Positions 61,220 to 64,000 of a stretch of 64,000 bases of DNA are shown one piece after another (position 1 is the stretch's first letter; every line of letters begins with the position of its first letter). The position numbers and the translations under genes are program-made. The notes below the pieces were generated by a model. That model searched no databases. It saw only the letters and a list, made by a program, of their open reading frames with translations, and was not told the origin of the DNA. This DNA comes from Alkalispirochaeta sp. GTDB lineage: Bacteria; Spirochaetota; Spirochaetia; DSM-27196; Alkalispirochaetaceae. The DNA lies in NCBI GenBank assembly GCA_965242725.1, contig CBDESZ010000018.1, forward strand, positions 256,001 to 320,000, written 5' to 3'.

Positions 61220-62242
61220 CTATTCGTCGAGCTCCTCGTCTTCGTCATAGTCTTCCTCGTCGTCATCACCGAGTAACGAATCATCCTCGTCAATAACATC
61301 GTCGTCTTCGTCGACCTCGTCAACGTCGTCATCGCCTTCGTCGTCGACGTCGCCGTCTTCTTCGTCGTCGCTGTCGTCATACTCCTCTTCTTCTTCCGGA
61401 GTCAGCTCGTCTTCATCGGTGAGACCGGTGAGCTCCTCCTCGTCAAAGAGGTCTTCGTCAAAGTCATCATCAACGAGATCGGCAAGGGATTCCTCGTCGG
61501 ACGCGGTAAACCCTGTGTCTTCCAGATCGGCGTCGTCTTCGGTGTAAAAGACGATTTTTGAACAGTAGGGACAGAAAAGGATGCTTTCTCCCCTTCGCAC
61601 GTCATTGACAAACTGGTTGGGAAGAATCATCTGGCACCCGGTGCACACACCGTTTTTAATCGCGACGATACCTTCGCCTTCCTTGCTCTTGATGATCCGC
61701 TCAAATTTGAAGAGCAGGTCTTCGTCCAGACCCGGTATCGTATCTTTCTCGTTCTTCGCCAGTTCTTTCAGCGTCGATTTCCGTTCCGCCGTATCGCTGT
61801 CGATCTTGGCACGCTCGTTTTCCAGCTCCTCTTCTTCCGTCTTGATCATCGCTTCTTCCCGCTCAAGACGAACCCGCTGTTCTTCCAGTTCCTTTTCTTC
61901 CCGCTGGAGATCCCGGCGGTACTGCTGTTCCCGCTCTGAAGCGTCGCGAATCTCCTTCTCCAGGGCGTCGTACTCCCGTGCCGTCGTTATCTGGTCCATC
62001 TGGGATTCATATTTCTCGCGATCCGACTCAGCCTCCTGCAGCCGAACACGCAAATCAGCGACGCGGCGTCGTGCTTCCTCATATTTCTCGTTCTTGTCAA
62101 GAAACGATTTCTTGAGTCGGCTCACCAGTTCCTTCTTGGTGGCCAATGTGCGGGGGAGCTCTTCAATCTCCTGCTCCAATGTATATTTCTGGGAGAGGAT
62201 ATTCTGGAGAATTTTCAATTTCTCGATCGTGTCCTGGATCAT
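61220..62242 (-). CDS. C4-type zinc ribbon coiled-coil protein (DUF164 family) with long acidic tail
   Basis: Long coiled coil, CTGC...CPYC, then ~105 residues dominated by D/E. Confidence 0.87.
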   Translation of the reverse strand: MIQDTIEKLKILQNILSQKYTLEQEIEELPRTLATKKELVSRLKKSFLDKNEKYEEARRRVADLRVRLQEAESDREKYESQMDQITTAREYDALEKEIRDASEREQQYRRDLQREEKELEEQRVRLEREEAMIKTEEEELENERAKIDSDTAERKSTLKELAKNEKDTIPGLDEDLLFKFERIIKSKEGEGIVAIKNGVCTGCQMILPNQFVNDVRRGESILFCPYCSKIVFYTEDDADLEDTGFTASDEESLADLVDDDFDEDLFDEEELTGLTDEDELTPEEEEEYDDSDDEEDGDVDDEGDDDVDEVDEDDDVIDEDDSLLGDDDEEDYDEDEELDE

Positions 62243-62257
62243 TCTTTTCGGTACCCC

Positions 62258-64000
62258 TTAACTGTCAAGATAATCTTTCAGACGACGGCTGCGCTTCGGA
62301 TGGCGTAAACGTCGTAGTGCCTTGGCTTCTATTTGCCTGATACGTTCCCTCGTTACGTTGAAATAGAGACCAACCTCCTCCAGAGTCAAGGAGTATCCGT
62401 CTTCCAGTCCAAATCGCATCTTGAGAACTTCCTGTTCCCGCGGGGGAAGTGTATCAAGTACGCCCCGCAACTGCTCCTGAAGGAGTGTGAATGCGGTCTG
62501 ATGCGCCGGATTTTCCACTTCCTTGTCTTCAATGAAGTCGCCCAGCAGGGAGTCTTCCTCTTCACCGATGGGCGTCTCAAGGGAGATCGGTTCACGGGCA
62601 ACGTTCTTCACCGACTTTACGCGCGCCACGTTCCATCCGAGCCGTTCCGCAACCTCTTCATCCGACGGCTCCCTTCCGAGAACCTGCATAAGCTGACGAC
62701 TTTCGCGAACCACCTTGTTGATCTGTTCAATCATATGGACGGGAACGCGTATCGTCCGGGCCTGATCGGAGATCGACCGTGTTATCGCCTGGCGGATCCA
62801 CCACGTGGCGTAGGTTGAAAACTTATATCCCTTACGATATTCGAACTTCTCAACCGCCTTGATGAGCCCGATATTTCCTTCCTGGACGAGATCAAAGAAA
62901 TGCAGTCCCCGGTTCGTATATTTTTTTGCGATGCTTACCACGAGCCGGAGGTTTGCCTGAATCAGCTTGTCTTTCGCGGTCTGCATCATCACCCGACCGC
63001 GTTCAATCTCCTTGGACATCTCAAGAATGTCATCGGTTGTGTTTTCAAAGCGATACTCCAGCTCCCGCAGTTTCTTTTCCGCGACCTGAATGTGCCGTAT
63101 CTTTTCTTTGATCTGGTCCGACGACAACCCGAGATTTTCTTCAATCTCTTCGCGCTTTCTGGCGATGGCGAGTCCCCGCCCGAGAGATCTCAGTTCCCTG
63201 AGGTTTGTCACCTGCAGCCGTTTCTCAACGCGATGCTGGTCTTCCCGATACCGATGAATCTGCCGAGCCGCACGGGAAAAACCGTCACTGAACTTCAGAA
63301 TTTCGTCCTGATGAATTTCGACCTCTTCAAGTGACGTCAAAAGCCGTCGCTTCCGCTTGGCGAGTCCTTCGTCGGCAAGGATGTCTATTCCCTTGTCGTA
63401 GGTTTTTCGCTTGAGTTCGATGTATTCCCTCAGGTCGGGCAGAAGTTCTTTCAGTGAATCGCGGTAAAAATGGTTCAGTCGTCTCCGCTCCGCGAGGTAC
63501 TCAGAAATTTCCTTTTTGGAAAGACCAAGTTCCCGGGGATCCTCTTTTCGAAACGTACGTTCCGCAAGATCGAAGAACTCGGGAATGACCATACCGCTCC
63601 CGCGAATGACTCCCTTGATGATATATTCACCCTGCTCCATCCGCTTGGAGAGCTCTACTTCCTGCTCCGCCGTCAGGAGGTTTTCCTTTCCAATCTCCCT
63701 GAGGTAGAGCCGGATGGGATCGTCTACGGCCGCGTCCTTGTCACCGACGATGACGCGCTTTGTTCTCTCCGCGAGGCGTCGCGCCTCCTCTTCTTTGGAG
63801 ATACTGTCACCTTCATCGGCTTCTTCTTCGTCACCGTCATCGCCGTCGTCGTCAAGTTCGTCGTCGGATTCATCCTTTTCGGCGTCGGCCTCTTCGGACT
63901 CGTCTTCGGTACTTTCCTCGATTACGACATTATGTTTTGCCAGCAAACCCAGAACTTCCTCGATCTTGTCGGAGTTCACGATGGAATCGGGTAGAAAGTC
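62258..64000 (-). CDS. rpoD: RNA polymerase primary sigma factor RpoD (5' end outside the window)
   Basis: [65 protein letters not shown]. Confidence 0.97.
   Translation of the reverse strand, partial: DFLPDSIVNSDKIEEVLGLLAKHNVVIEESTEDESEEADAEKDESDDELDDDGDDGDEEEADEGDSISKEEEARRLAERTKRVIVGDKDAAVDDPIRLYLREIGKENLLTAEQEVELSKRMEQGEYIIKGVIRGSGMVIPEFFDLAERTFRKEDPRELGLSKKEISEYLAERRRLNHFYRDSLKELLPDLREYIELKRKTYDKGIDILADEGLAKRKRRLLTSLEEVEIHQDEILKFSDGFSRAARQIHRYREDQHRVEKRLQVTNLRELRSLGRGLAIARKREEIEENLGLSSDQIKEKIRHIQVAEKKLRELEYRFENTTDDILEMSKEIERGRVMMQTAKDKLIQANLRLVVSIAKKYTNRGLHFFDLVQEGNIGLIKAVEKFEYRKGYKFSTYATWWIRQAITRSISDQARTIRVPVHMIEQINKVVRESRQLMQVLGREPSDEEVAERLGWNVARVKSVKNVAREPISLETPIGEEEDSLLGDFIEDKEVENPAHQTAFTLLQEQLRGVLDTLPPREQEVLKMRFGLEDGYSLTLEEVGLYFNVTRERIRQIEAKALRRLRHPKRSRRLKDYLDS

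Overview
Core chromosomal segment of a GC-rich, probably free-living spirochaete (Spirochaetota; inferred from gene order and spirochaete-type proteins such as the ~900-aa GreA, TamB-BamA-Skp, and the HEAT/TPR proteins). It joins three largely housekeeping blocks: (1) tmk / tamB-bamA-skp-mutS-comF-rimP-nusA-infB-rbfA-truB-ribF-rpsO-pnp-dut-lptF-lptG-tgt-murJ-HEAT; (2) greA-TPR / rpe-TPR-TPR-dtd / prs / recA-scpA-scpB-rluB-cmk-rpsA followed by a GAF sigma54 activator, a YfgM-like protein, a CHASE2 adenylate cyclase, a lipoprotein, a small membrane protein and mazG; (3) on the minus strand, rpoD-zinc ribbon-rnpB-TPR-mreBCD-mrdA-rodA-radical SAM. I saw no mobile element, CRISPR array, tRNA or rRNA. 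About twelve single-base frameshifts, several in essential genes and mostly at short homopolymers, point to consensus sequencing errors; they create two false fusions (PNPase-dUTPase, ScpB-RluB). Most notable: a lycopene cyclase + CruF carotenoid cassette inserted between mutS and comF; a 28-bp dif-like site near the point where gene orientation switches; an unannotated ~170-nt structured element downstream of greA; a sigma54 activator with a cNMP-type GAF motif next to a class III cyclase; a sigma28-like promoter ahead of two TPR genes; and a TGT lacking its zinc-binding cysteines. None of these is demonstrated to be a new system from sequence alone.
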